From Deltaproteobacteria bacterium HGW-Deltaproteobacteria-22 (GTDB lineage: Bacteria > Myxococcota_A > Polyangia > HGW-17): 51,731 nt of DNA. Positions within the stretch are counted from its first letter, which is position 1, and every line of letters starts with the position of its first letter. The notes beneath the pieces are model-generated. The model saw nothing but the letters and a program-made list of their open reading frames with translations, did no database searches and was not told the origin of the DNA. Location: contig PHAZ01000002.1 of the NCBI GenBank assembly GCA_002841825.1, positions 1-51,731 of the forward strand. Reading direction: 5' to 3'. The position numbers and the translations under genes are program-made. Positions 17,241 to 29,591 of the stretch are shown here, one piece after another.

Positions 17241-18551
17241 TTATTTCCGAACGGCCAACTGAAGGTTCGAGCGGCCCGGCCAGACCTTGTAGCCGATGCC
17301 GAACGGCAGCGTGCGGATTTTCTTGCGTTCCGCATAGCGCCGGGCCAGCTCCGGCTGCGTGTACTTCAGGAACAACTGGATGGGGACGTCGTAGTGGCCG
17401 TAGAGCCTGAGGCTCCATTTCTTTTCGTCGAAATACTGCAGGGGGATGCCGGAGTCGTCCTGCAGGTACGAGGGCGAGTGCTCGAGGATGAAGCTGCGGA
17501 TCCAGTGGAAGTTGCCCTCGTGCATCAGGTACGAGGCCGCCTTGGTGTAGGTGGTGGAGATCTCGAGCTTGCCCAGGTACTTCTGCAGATCCGGTCGTGC
17601 CAGGATCCCGTCGACCTCGCGGTAGGTCTCGTTGGCGAGGTTGCACGAGAAATACGTCAGGGTGCGCGGCGTGGTCTCCCCGGGGGCCAGGTAGGTGTAT
17701 TTCAGCCCGGAGTAAGGTATCCATACCTTCTTCGGTTTTTTCTTGACTTTTCGCCCCGGTTTGGCAGGGGGTTCGGGCAGGTCTGGCAGCGGCGCGCCGG
17801 TCCACGGCACCACCTTGCCGTCCCAGTCCAGCTGGACGCGCCCGATGGAGGTCAACTTCTGTCCGGTGCGGGCCATCATGAACAGGATCGGGGGCAGCGT
17901 GCCATCGATCTCGGGGACCTCCTTGCCGAACAGATCATCCTTCATGCTCTTGGTGCGGAAGAACGAAAGGGTGAGGATGTGCGTCAGCGAGGCCTCCATC
18001 TTGGCGAAGAACTTCTCGGGCTTGTCCAGGATCTTCGAAAGCTCCGGCAGCGAGCCGGCCGGCTCGAGCCCGATCATGACGATGTCGCGGCAGCCCGGAA
18101 ACAGCAGGTGCACGTGCAGGAAGTCGGGACCGGAGAACGGATAGAACAGGGTCTTGCAGTCGCGGTTCTGGGTTTCGAGCTCGGTCTTGACCCATTTCTC
18201 GATGATGCTCTTCTTCTGCTCGACGGGCTTCCACATCTTCTCGATGCGCTCGGCATAGGTCTTGAAGGCCGGCAGGTCCCGCACGACGGAGAAGTTCTCC
18301 GGAAGATCGGTCGAGAAACCGCCCAGCACCCGGGCCAGGGAGTTCCAGTCGTCCCCGGTGGCCGGTTTCCGGACCGGCTCCACGGGCGGCGGATCGGGCT
18401 GCATCGCCGCCGGCGGGTCGGGCTGCATCGGCGGGGTCAGGGCCGGAGCGTCGGGCTGGTCGGGGACTGCCGGGGGTGTGTCGCCGGCTCCGCCTGCGCA
18501 GCCGGCAGCAACCATCGAAACCAGGATCATGAGGGAAATCAAAGTATTCAT
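17241..18551 (-). CDS. conserved hypothetical lipoprotein (FYPFSGPDF-motif family)
   Basis: Lipobox VAAGC, Pro-rich linker, motifs LFYPFSGPDFL, GLEPAG, SFFRTK, KAASYLMH, QDDSGIP, LPFGIGY. ATGA-coupled to the GNAT gene. Confidence 0.8.
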   Translation of the reverse strand: MNTLISLMILVSMVAAGCAGGAGDTPPAVPDQPDAPALTPPMQPDPPAAMQPDPPPVEPVRKPATGDDWNSLARVLGGFSTDLPENFSVVRDLPAFKTYAERIEKMWKPVEQKKSIIEKWVKTELETQNRDCKTLFYPFSGPDFLHVHLLFPGCRDIVMIGLEPAGSLPELSKILDKPEKFFAKMEASLTHILTLSFFRTKSMKDDLFGKEVPEIDGTLPPILFMMARTGQKLTSIGRVQLDWDGKVVPWTGAPLPDLPEPPAKPGRKVKKKPKKVWIPYSGLKYTYLAPGETTPRTLTYFSCNLANETYREVDGILARPDLQKYLGKLEISTTYTKAASYLMHEGNFHWIRSFILEHSPSYLQDDSGIPLQYFDEKKWSLRLYGHYDVPIQLFLKYTQPELARRYAERKKIRTLPFGIGYKVWPGRSNLQLAVRK

Positions 18552-19006
18552 GTAAGGTCCTCGCTGGGGCGGTCCCAGATCATTTTCAAATGGGGGATGT
18601 TGGCGTCCAGAAAGGGCTCGCCGGTCACATGGAAGCCGAACTTCTCGTAGATGCGCACGGCGTGCAGCTGGGCGCCGAGGGTGATCCGCGGGGTCCCCAG
18701 GGATTTGGCGCGCTCGAACAAAAACGAGAAGAGGCGCGTGCCCACACCGCGGTTCCGGTGCGCGGCCAGCACGCACAGGCGCCCGATCTTGCCCTCGGGC
18801 AGGACGCGGCCCGTGGCGACCGCCTCCCCGCCGCAGAGCACGACCGCGTGCAGCGACTCCGGGTCGCGGCCGTCCTCGTCCTCGAGGGCGTCGACGTTCT
18901 GCTCGAGGGTGAAGACCGTGTGCCGCACGCGCAGCAGCGCCTCGCGTTCGGTGCTCCAGTGGGCTTCCCGGATGGTGTAGTCGCCCTGGGAAAATGGATG
19001 GTCCAT
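18548..19006 (-). CDS. GNAT acetyltransferase (YjcF/ElaA-like)
   Basis: VRHTVF..EQ.V...ED.RD, KIGRLCVL..HRNRGVG, AQLHA..IYEKFGF...GEPFLDANIPH. Confidence 0.9.
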   Translation of the reverse strand: MDHPFSQGDYTIREAHWSTEREALLRVRHTVFTLEQNVDALEDEDGRDPESLHAVVLCGGEAVATGRVLPEGKIGRLCVLAAHRNRGVGTRLFSFLFERAKSLGTPRITLGAQLHAVRIYEKFGFHVTGEPFLDANIPHLKMIWDRPSEDLT

Positions 19007-19197
19007 GAAGTCCGGGCCTCCGTCGCCCGTGTTCGCCTTTGAAAGTATAGAAAATCACGGCGCTTTTCAAGCTGAGCGCCGGTGAAGGGCCGGAAACCGT
19101 CATTTTCTATCCTTGACCTTCTTCGGCAGGGCATGGTAACGAGGCGGGACACCGGGATCCAAGCGGACACCGGCACCCTGCCGCCAGGAGCCTTTTC

Positions 19198-19623
19198 ATG
19201 AAGTACGTCCTTTGCCTGCTGTTGTGCATCGGCTGCACCCGCCCCGGGCCCTCCTGCCGGGACACCCTGGCGCCGTCGGCCAATGGGGGCGTGCACCCGG
19301 TGGCCGGCCAACTGGCCGCGTACAACGATCGTCACATCGACCTGTTCGTCTCCTACTTCCATCCGGAGGTGGAACTGTTCGTCCACGGTGAGCCGGCGCC
19401 CTTCGTGAAGGGGTCGGCGGCGCTGCGCGAGAGTTATTCCAAAATGTTCAAGGCTTCCCCGCTGTTGCACTGCGAGCTGGAACGGCGGATCGCGGTCGGC
19501 GACTTCGTCATCGACGAGGAGCGCGTCTCCGGGCTGCGTGGCGGTCCGCCCGTGCACGCGGTGGCGATCTATGAGGTGAAGGGTGGAAAGATCGTGAAGG
19601 CCTGGTTCCTCCGGGGACGGTGA
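19198..19623 (+). CDS. SnoaL/NTF2-like lipoprotein
   Basis: QLAAYNDRHID.F, RI.VGDFVIDEE.V, AVAIYEV..GKI..AWF. AGGAG SD. Confidence 0.8.
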   Translation: MKYVLCLLLCIGCTRPGPSCRDTLAPSANGGVHPVAGQLAAYNDRHIDLFVSYFHPEVELFVHGEPAPFVKGSAALRESYSKMFKASPLLHCELERRIAVGDFVIDEERVSGLRGGPPVHAVAIYEVKGGKIVKAWFLRGR

Positions 19624-19634
19624 CGGCCGCGCGG

Positions 19635-22250
19635 TCAGTGACGTCGTCTCGATAACAGCAGGAAAGCGGCAAGCAGCAGCAGCGGGAAGAGGACCGAACG
19701 TGTCCGGGGGGACCCGGTGACACAGCCGCAGCCGTTGCCCGTCGCCCTGGGCCCGGTGTCGTCGAGCACGCAGGCTCCGTCCTCGACGTGGGTGCCCTGC
19801 GGACAGCAGCCGGTGGCGGGAAGGCAGCCGCGCTCGCCGCACTCGAGGGGATCGACGGCGATGCAGATGCCCTGCTCCGGATCGCAGGACTCCAGGCCGT
19901 TGCAGCGGTCACCGTCGTCGCAATAATCGTTGTCCGGATCACACGAGACCGCGGTCTCACAGGCTCCGTCCTGCAGGGTCGTGCCCGTCGGGCAGCAGCC
20001 TGACTCCGGCAGGCAGCCGCGGCCGCCGCAGTCGGGGGGCGTCCCGGGCAGGCAGCCTCCGCCGTCGCAGGACTCCAGGCCGTTGCAGGCGTCGTCGTCG
20101 TCGCAGATCGCGACGGCGTCCTCGTCGACGGCGCCGTCGCAGTCGTCGTCCAGGCCGTCACAGGTCGCGTCGTCTTCGGCCACGGCCTCGCAGGTGGAGA
20201 TCGGGACGTTGCCGCCGAACCGGATGGTGGAAAAATACGGATAGGCGGCCCAGCCCGAGGCGTCGGTGAGGGCGGGGCCGGTGATCTCGGGGCCGAAGGC
20301 GTCACCGCTGGACAGGTGACAGCGCACGCCGTCGGCGCTGCGGCCGCAGAGATCGGCCAGCCCGTCGTGATTGAGATCCCCGAAGTGGATCGAGGTGTAC
20401 AGCCGGAAATCGTCCCAGCCGGAGGCCTCGTCCCAGGCGGGGCCGTCGACCTGGTTCCCCCAGGCGGCGCCGTCGAAGCGCCAGCAGCGGATCCCGGCGT
20501 TGGCCCGCGCGCACAGATCGAGATCCCCGTCGCCGTCGATGTCGGCGAACCGGATCGTCGAGGTGTTGTCCATGTCCTTCCATCCGGTGGCGTCTGAGAG
20601 CTGGGGGCCCGGGATCGCGGGTCCGAAGGCGTTGCCCCCGGCATAGCGGTAGCACTCGACGCCCGCGGAGGTCCGCGCGCACAACTCGGCCGCGCCGTCG
20701 GCGTCGATGTCCACCATGCGGATGGTGGTCCAGTACGCGACATCGTTGAACCCGGCCGCGTCGCTCCAGGCGGGTCCGGCGAACGTCGGCGAGAAGGCGG
20801 TGCCCGTGGACAGCGCGCACCACATGCCTGCGGCGCCGCGACCGCACATGTCGTGCAGGCCGTCGCCGTCGAGATCGCCGGTGCGGATGGTGCCGAAATA
20901 GTACGGCTGGTGCCAGCCGTTGGCGCCGATCCAGGCAGGTCCCGCGATGGAGGCGCCGATGCCCGAGCCCGTGGAGGGATAGCAGATCCAGCCCGCGGCG
21001 GCCAGCGCGCAGAAGTCGTCGAGGCCGTCGCCGTTGATGTCGGAGAGCCGGAAGGTGGAGGCGTGCTGCAGGGCGGCCCAGCCGCTGCCGTCGGTCCAGT
21101 TCGGTCCGGGGATGGCAGCCCCGAACGACGTGCCCGTGGAGGGCCAGCATCGGACACCCTCCGGGGAGCGGGCGCAGACGTCCATGAGGCCGTCTCCGTT
21201 GATGTCCCCGGTGCGGATGGTGGAGTAGGTCGGCTCCGTGTCGAAGCCGGCCGCGTCGGAGAGCTCGGCGATGATCCAGGGCTCGGTGGAGAAGCCGGTT
21301 CCCGTCGACAGGTAGCAGCGGAGGCCGGCCGCGCCGCGGGCGCAGAAGTCGGACTGGCCGTCGCCGTTGAGGTCAGTGCTCCGATCCTGGTTGAGCACGC
21401 CGGAGTCGACGATCAGTTCATCAATCCACAAATCGCAGGACCCCGGGGCGCCGGTGCCGTCGGCGAAGACCGCCCAGTGGTTGGATACGACGCGCTCGGA
21501 CCCGTCGGAGGGATCGTTGACCGTGCCGAGGCCAGCGACCGTCATCGCCGTGGAGCCGCCGCCGTCGAGGTTCATCGCCGTCCAGGCACCGAGGTTGACC
21601 ATGAGATCGGCCAGTTCGTCACAGGTCATGCCGCGGCTGGCCGTGGAACGACCATCGACGACCACCAGATACAGGTACTGCCGGTCCTTGGACAGGCCGA
21701 CGACCGTGCGTGGGTGACGCTCCGGACAGTGCGACGGGCTGGTGGCGCCGTACTGGGCCACACCGTCGCGCACCAGCGTGGGAAAGCCCCCCACGGCGTT
21801 GCGCATCCAACTGTCGAGGGTGGAGACCACGGCCTCGGTCGGGGAGAGGAAGAGGTGATCCGCGCCGGACACGAGAAACCCCATCGAGGAACTGTCGTCG
21901 TGCCACTTCGTGCCGTCGCCCACGGCCATTCCGATGGGAATGTAGCCGGTGTAGTTGAAAAAGTCGCCGTTGATCACCGCCTGGGCGCCGATGAGGTTTC
22001 GAAACGACGTCGGTGTACGCTGGCGCTCGTCCTCCCTGGTGGCCCGGTGGCTCACGCCGCGGGCGCAGGCGTCCACCTGCAGGGACCAGATCTGCAGCGG
22101 GTCCGAGGTCGTGCGATGCAGCAGGCGCAGCCCGGGGTGCGGTGTCGACCAGGTGTCGGCGGCAGAAGCCGGCGAGACGACGACCAGCGCGAGCGTAACG
22201 GCGATCAAGTTGAGGAAAAATCGCGTAAGCGGAACATGAAAATGCAACAT
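19635..22250 (-). CDS. secreted phosphodiester glycosidase (NAGPA-like) + FG-GAP repeats + Cys-rich region + MYXO-CTERM-like anchor
   Basis: INGDFF, HPRTVVG, VVVDGR, AMNLDGGGST. About 7 D-x-N/D-GDG-x-x-D-x-C-x-R repeats. C-terminal GCGC...LLLLAAFLLLSRRRH. GGAGG SD. Confidence 0.85.
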   Translation of the reverse strand: MLHFHVPLTRFFLNLIAVTLALVVVSPASAADTWSTPHPGLRLLHRTTSDPLQIWSLQVDACARGVSHRATREDERQRTPTSFRNLIGAQAVINGDFFNYTGYIPIGMAVGDGTKWHDDSSSMGFLVSGADHLFLSPTEAVVSTLDSWMRNAVGGFPTLVRDGVAQYGATSPSHCPERHPRTVVGLSKDRQYLYLVVVDGRSTASRGMTCDELADLMVNLGAWTAMNLDGGGSTAMTVAGLGTVNDPSDGSERVVSNHWAVFADGTGAPGSCDLWIDELIVDSGVLNQDRSTDLNGDGQSDFCARGAAGLRCYLSTGTGFSTEPWIIAELSDAAGFDTEPTYSTIRTGDINGDGLMDVCARSPEGVRCWPSTGTSFGAAIPGPNWTDGSGWAALQHASTFRLSDINGDGLDDFCALAAAGWICYPSTGSGIGASIAGPAWIGANGWHQPYYFGTIRTGDLDGDGLHDMCGRGAAGMWCALSTGTAFSPTFAGPAWSDAAGFNDVAYWTTIRMVDIDADGAAELCARTSAGVECYRYAGGNAFGPAIPGPQLSDATGWKDMDNTSTIRFADIDGDGDLDLCARANAGIRCWRFDGAAWGNQVDGPAWDEASGWDDFRLYTSIHFGDLNHDGLADLCGRSADGVRCHLSSGDAFGPEITGPALTDASGWAAYPYFSTIRFGGNVPISTCEAVAEDDATCDGLDDDCDGAVDEDAVAICDDDDACNGLESCDGGGCLPGTPPDCGGRGCLPESGCCPTGTTLQDGACETAVSCDPDNDYCDDGDRCNGLESCDPEQGICIAVDPLECGERGCLPATGCCPQGTHVEDGACVLDDTGPRATGNGCGCVTGSPRTRSVLFPLLLLAAFLLLSRRRH

Positions 22251-22268
22251 GAACGTCCTCCCGGGAGA

Positions 22269-22305
22269 AGTCTGACACAGTCCGACCAGTCTGACCAGTC
22301 CGACT
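22269..22305. repeat. short 9-bp tandem repeat AGTCYGACC x4
   Basis: AGTCTGACAC AGTCCGACC AGTCTGACC AGTCCGACT in the divergent intergenic spacer. Confidence 0.7.
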
Positions 22306-22381
22306 TCTTTTGGGACGCTTGACATTCAGGTGGTCCCGGGCCACTCTTGGTCCGGTCGCAATCATCACCGGGAGAGGAAAC

Positions 22382-25300
22382 ATGAAAACCATCGTCCTTT
22401 GCATCATCATGGCGCTGTTGGCGTCCTCCGCCTGCGGAAAGAAGGAAAAGAAGAAGGGCCCGGACAAGACCCCGGCGCCCGTCGCCGCGAAGGTCACCGT
22501 CGCGTCGCTGGCGCAGTTGATCACCGCCGGTCAGACCGCCGAGTTTGTGAAGCAACTGGAGCAGTTGACCGCCATACTGGTCAACGACCCCGTCGACGCA
22601 TCGGGCCTGACGCTCGCGATGCTGGCCGCGAAGAAGGGCGACCTCGAGGCCCTCAAGGCCCTCGTCGGGAAGGCGGCCCGGCTGGGTCTGGCGGACAAGT
22701 CCGGCGCGACGCTGCTGCACCACGGGGCCGCCCATCTGGCGGTGGTTGCGTTCCTGCTGGAGAAGAAGGTCGACCCGGACAAGGTCGATCTGGAGGGCCG
22801 CACGCCCGTGCACGCGGCCATCGCCTTGGGCCGTTGCGACGTGATGAATGCGCTGCTGGCCGCCGGCGCGAACAAGAACGCCCGCGACAAAAAGGGGTTC
22901 AGCCTCCTGCACCTGGCCGCCGTGCAGAATGACGCCGCCTGTCTGGAGGGCCTGCTCGAACGCAAGGCCAACGTCAACGCCGCCGACCAGGCAGGACTGA
23001 CGCCGGTGCTCTCGGCTGCCAGGGCGGGCAACCTCGCGGCCCTGGAACGCCTGGCGAAGGCAGGCTCCTCCTTGTTGAAGAAGACGAAGCGCGGTGATTC
23101 GGCGCTGCACCTGGCCGTCGAGGCGAAGACGCTCGACGTGCTGAAGTTCCTCGTCGAGAAGAAGAAGCAGTACCCCGACGCGAAGAACACGCAGGGACAG
23201 ACCCCGCTTCATGCAGCCGCCCTCGCCGGCGCCGGAGAGGCCGTGAATTACCTGCTGTCGAAGAAGGCCTATCCCGGCGCCAAGGACAAGGACGGCCGGA
23301 TCCCGCTGCACGCGGCGGCCGGGCGGGGCCAGCTGGCCGTCGTGAAGCTGCTGCTGGAGAAGAAGTCCTGGCTCGACAACACCGACTACAAGAAGCGCAC
23401 ACCGCTGTTTCTGGCCATCATGAACGGACGGATCGAGGTGGCCACGTTCCTCGTCGCCCAGGGCGCCTCCCTCACGCTGGCCGACTCGGAGGGCTTCTCG
23501 GCGCTGCATCATGCCATCATCGCCGGAAACGAGGCGCTGACCACCGCGATCATCGAGAAGTCGGGCAAGATCGACGTGCCCACGAAGAGCGGCTGGACGG
23601 CGCTTCACCTGGCGGCCTCGCGGGGCCAGGAGAAGATGGTGAAGCTGCTCGTGGACAAGGGCGCCAACATCAAGGCGAAGGACCGCAAGGGCAACCATCC
23701 CTACCATCTGGCGCTGGACGACACGCCGCCGATGTTCCCCACCGAGCTCGACGAACTCAAAGCCGGGCTGACGGTCCTGCCGGCGACCGAGGACGGATCA
23801 CACCTGAAGGCGGCCATCGCGTGGCTCGAGGAACAGAAGAAGGAGGACGAGGCCCTGCGAAGCGGCCGGATCCTCTGCGCGAAGCTGCTCCTCGAGAAGG
23901 ACAGCGACCTCACCGCGCGGGATCACTCGGGCCGCGATGCCCTGCAGTTGGCGGCGGCCTCGGGGATGAAGGAACTCTTCGACCTGCTCAAGGGCAAGGG
24001 GCTCAAGGGGGACAAGCCGGACTACCGCTCGCGCACGCTACTGTATCACGCGGCCATGGGTGGCAACCTCGAGATCGTGAAGACGGCCATGGACATGGGC
24101 TTTTCCGAGGTGGCCTTCAAGTACAATCGCGAGACGCCGCTGCACGTGGCGGCCCAGTTCAACCGCGTCGAGGTCATCCGTTTTCTCATCGGCCGTGGCG
24201 CCTTGGTGAAACAGAAGGCGACCAACGGGGACACCGTCCTGATGTACGCGGCCAGGAGCCTCGCGGTGCAGGCGGCGGCGGCCCTGTTCGAGGCCGGCGC
24301 CGAGGCTGTGGCACCCGCCCCCGGTGAGGCCACGGCCGACGGACCGCGCGTGCGCGACGCCGAGGAGGATTTCCGTCCGCCCTCGGGGGACGATGGGGAG
24401 TATGCTCCCGAGGACGAACCCCCGCCGGCGGAGGAACCGGAGGTGGCCGCCCCGGCGGAGGATGGCAAGAAGCCTTTCGACGGCACGAATTACTTCGAAA
24501 ACCACCTCAAGATGCTGTCGAAGATGGATGGCACCCCGCTCGCCGTCGTGTTCCTGGCGGCATTGGAGAATCAGCCCGGCCCCAAAGGCCGCTCCCCGCG
24601 CGCGACCGTGCTGCTGCGCCGCCAGTTGGCATTTCTGGAGCTGCTGTTCGGCAAGGGAACGCCCACCGAGGTGTTGGTGGAGGGCACGGCGCTGATGGTC
24701 AACGCGGTGCTTAGCGGACACCTGGAGGTGTGCCAACTGCTCTTGAAGCACAAGGACGCATGGAAGGTGGTCCGGCCGATGGACATGCCCCGGCTGGCCA
24801 TCGAGCAGATGCACTACGCGCTGGCGAAGTACCTGATGGATCAAGGTTTCCTGCCGGAAAAGGGCCCAGGAAACATGGTTCCGCTCAGGGCCATTCTCAA
24901 GGCGGATCCACTTTCAGAACGTGCGGCTGCGCTGGATGTCTTCACCCGGCTTCTGCCCCTGGTGCAGGACCTCGACGAGGCCGATGATGACGGAGATACC
25001 CTGCTGCACACTGCGGTGCAGAGCAGTGGCGCCGACTTCCTGCAGGCGCTGCTGAGCGCGAAGCCGTCGGTCTCCAAGACCAACAAGAACGGCGAGACGC
25101 CAGCGCATGTGGCTGTCCGTCAGGGACGGTTGAAGATGGTCGAACTGTTCCTGGGGCCGGGCACGACGAAGGTCCCCGAGGGCGAGCTGGCGCTGGTCCC
25201 GCTGGCCGCCGGAAGCGGCAGCGTTGAGGTGCTGCAGTGGCTGCTGAAGAACGGGTACAAGGATGTGGAGACCGCCAACGGCAAGGTCAGCGGCCTCTTC

Positions 25301-25636
25301 GCCGCGGCAAAGGCCGGGAACTACAACGCCTTCCAGTTGCTGGCCGCGGGCCGCGCCGACGCGCTCAAGGCGGTGGACGCCGAGGGGGCCACCATCGTCC
25401 ACTACGCGGCCACCGGCGGCAGCGAGAAGATCCTGAACGCCCTGCTCAAGGCGGGCATCCCGCTGGCCGTCGCGGACACGGCCAAGAACACCCCGCTGCA
25501 CCTGGCGGTGAAGGCCGGCAAGGAGGGCGCCGTCGCCTGGCTGCTCAAGAACGGCGCTGACGCCGCCGCCTTGGACGGCGCGGGAAAGAAGCCCGCCGAC
25601 TACGCCGACGAGGCGATCAAGGCGCTGCTTCCCTAG
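22382..25636 (+). CDS. large ankyrin-repeat lipoprotein
   Basis: Lipobox SSAC, many G-x-TPLH-x-AA-x-x-G repeats, acidic Pro-rich linker near 24300-24480. GAGAGGA SD and TTGACA-17-CACTCT promoter. Confidence 0.9.
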   Translation: MKTIVLCIIMALLASSACGKKEKKKGPDKTPAPVAAKVTVASLAQLITAGQTAEFVKQLEQLTAILVNDPVDASGLTLAMLAAKKGDLEALKALVGKAARLGLADKSGATLLHHGAAHLAVVAFLLEKKVDPDKVDLEGRTPVHAAIALGRCDVMNALLAAGANKNARDKKGFSLLHLAAVQNDAACLEGLLERKANVNAADQAGLTPVLSAARAGNLAALERLAKAGSSLLKKTKRGDSALHLAVEAKTLDVLKFLVEKKKQYPDAKNTQGQTPLHAAALAGAGEAVNYLLSKKAYPGAKDKDGRIPLHAAAGRGQLAVVKLLLEKKSWLDNTDYKKRTPLFLAIMNGRIEVATFLVAQGASLTLADSEGFSALHHAIIAGNEALTTAIIEKSGKIDVPTKSGWTALHLAASRGQEKMVKLLVDKGANIKAKDRKGNHPYHLALDDTPPMFPTELDELKAGLTVLPATEDGSHLKAAIAWLEEQKKEDEALRSGRILCAKLLLEKDSDLTARDHSGRDALQLAAASGMKELFDLLKGKGLKGDKPDYRSRTLLYHAAMGGNLEIVKTAMDMGFSEVAFKYNRETPLHVAAQFNRVEVIRFLIGRGALVKQKATNGDTVLMYAARSLAVQAAAALFEAGAEAVAPAPGEATADGPRVRDAEEDFRPPSGDDGEYAPEDEPPPAEEPEVAAPAEDGKKPFDGTNYFENHLKMLSKMDGTPLAVVFLAALENQPGPKGRSPRATVLLRRQLAFLELLFGKGTPTEVLVEGTALMVNAVLSGHLEVCQLLLKHKDAWKVVRPMDMPRLAIEQMHYALAKYLMDQGFLPEKGPGNMVPLRAILKADPLSERAAALDVFTRLLPLVQDLDEADDDGDTLLHTAVQSSGADFLQALLSAKPSVSKTNKNGETPAHVAVRQGRLKMVELFLGPGTTKVPEGELALVPLAAGSGSVEVLQWLLKNGYKDVETANGKVSGLFAAAKAGNYNAFQLLAAGRADALKAVDAEGATIVHYAATGGSEKILNALLKAGIPLAVADTAKNTPLHLAVKAGKEGAVAWLLKNGADAAALDGAGKKPADYADEAIKALLP

Positions 25637-25745
25637 GTGCCGGCCGGGGATTTCCTTTTGAAAATGACGGTCTTGACTTACCCGAAACTGCCGTGGTACC
25701 CAATGATCTTGAGGTTTGAACACCCCGATGGCGACCCACAAATGA

Positions 25746-28025
<2,280 letters not shown>

Positions 28026-28064
28026 CCTGATAGCACTCCGATTTCTTTTCGCCGCCCGGGCATC

Positions 28065-28093
28065 TTGACATCCACAACGACCGCATGGATACT
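28065..28093 (+). promoter_or_regulatory. sigma70 promoter for MFS gene
   Basis: TTGACA-17 bp-GATACT. Confidence 0.6.
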
Positions 28094-28163
28094 CCGTCCG
28101 TAGTACCATTTCCCTTTCAACCGACCGGTCCCCCTCACCGTTCGACACAGCAAGGACACGACG

Positions 28164-29591
28164 ATGACTGAAAACGTACGAAAAATCCTGAGTGACTCGA
28201 AGGCGGCCCGCTGGACCGCGCTGCTGATCGTCTCGTTCACCATGTTCGCCGGCTATTATCTGGCCGACGTCATGGCGCCGCTGCAGGGCCTGGTCCAGAA
28301 CCAGCTCTCGTGGTCGGCCACCGAGTACGGCTTCTTCACCAGCGCCTACGGCTGGTTCAACGTGTTCCTGTTCCTGCTGATCATCGGCGGCATCATCCTC
28401 GACAAGTTCGGCATCCGCGTCACCGGTATTGGAGCGGCCCTCATCATGGTGGCCGGCACGTCCCTGAAGTACTACGCCATCTCCACGAGCAGCCTCGACG
28501 GCATCGACGTGACCCTGCCGATCCTGGGGACCTGGAAGGCACAGGTCATGCTGGCCGCCCTGGGCTATGCCATCTTCGGCGTCGGCGTCGAGATCACGGG
28601 CATCACGGCCTCCAAGGCCATCGTCAAGTGGTTCAAGGGCAGGGAGATGGCCCTGGCCATGGGCATGCAACTGTCCGTGGCCCGCCTGGGCACGGCGCTG
28701 GCGCTGTCCACGTCGCTGCCCATCGCCCGCATGTCGGGCCACGTCTCCACGCCGCTTTTGTTCTGCCTGATCATGCTGTGCATCGGCGTCCTGGCGTTCT
28801 CCGTCTACGCCATGATGGACCGCAAGCTCGACGCCTCCATCGTGGCGGCCCGCGCCCAGAGCGACGATCAGACCCCCGAAGACGAGAAGTTCAAGCTCAG
28901 CGACATCTTCAACATCCTGGGCAACCGCGGCTGGTGGTATATCGCCCTGCTGTGCGTCCTGTTCTACTCGGCGGTCTTCCCGTTCCTGAAGTACGCCACC
29001 GACCTGATGATCCAGAAGTTCGGCGTCAACGCCAACTGGGCGGGATCCCTTCCGGGCCTGCTGCCCTTCGGCACCATCTTCTTCACCCCGCTGTTCGGCG
29101 GCATCTATGACAAGATCGGCAAGGGCGCCACCATCATGATCATCGGTGCCACGATCATCACCGCGGTCCACCTGCTGTTCGCGGTGCCGCTGCTGAACCA
29201 CTGGTCCATCGCCATCGTGCTGATGATGCTGCTGGGCATCGGCTTCTCCCTGGTGCCGTCGGCGATGTGGCCGTCGGTGCCCAAGATCATCCCGGACCGC
29301 CAGCTCGGCACGGCGTTCTCGCTGATCTTCTGGGTCCAGAACTGGGGTCTGATGGGCGTGCCCGCGCTCATCGGCTGGGTCCTCGACAAGTACTGCATCA
29401 CCGGCACGAAGATCGTCGACGGCCAGCCGGTGCACACCTACAATTATACGATTCCGATGCTCATATTCATGAGCTTCGGCCTGCTGGCGATCGGGCTGGG
29501 CTTCCTGCTCAAGCTCGAGGACAAGAAGAAGGGCTACGGCCTGCAGTTGCCCAACATCAAGAAGGCTCCGACCGAAAATGCGCAAGCGTAA
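28164..29591 (+). CDS. MFS transporter
   Basis: About 12 hydrophobic segments, motif A GGIILDKFGIR and GGIYDKIGK, KWFKGREMALAMG. Confidence 0.92.
   Translation: MTENVRKILSDSKAARWTALLIVSFTMFAGYYLADVMAPLQGLVQNQLSWSATEYGFFTSAYGWFNVFLFLLIIGGIILDKFGIRVTGIGAALIMVAGTSLKYYAISTSSLDGIDVTLPILGTWKAQVMLAALGYAIFGVGVEITGITASKAIVKWFKGREMALAMGMQLSVARLGTALALSTSLPIARMSGHVSTPLLFCLIMLCIGVLAFSVYAMMDRKLDASIVAARAQSDDQTPEDEKFKLSDIFNILGNRGWWYIALLCVLFYSAVFPFLKYATDLMIQKFGVNANWAGSLPGLLPFGTIFFTPLFGGIYDKIGKGATIMIIGATIITAVHLLFAVPLLNHWSIAIVLMMLLGIGFSLVPSAMWPSVPKIIPDRQLGTAFSLIFWVQNWGLMGVPALIGWVLDKYCITGTKIVDGQPVHTYNYTIPMLIFMSFGLLAIGLGFLLKLEDKKKGYGLQLPNIKKAPTENAQA

Noticed and set aside
17241-19103. 620-aa single ORF
   Set aside because: The upstream part is an alternative frame over the GNAT gene. 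The true start with a lipobox is 18551.
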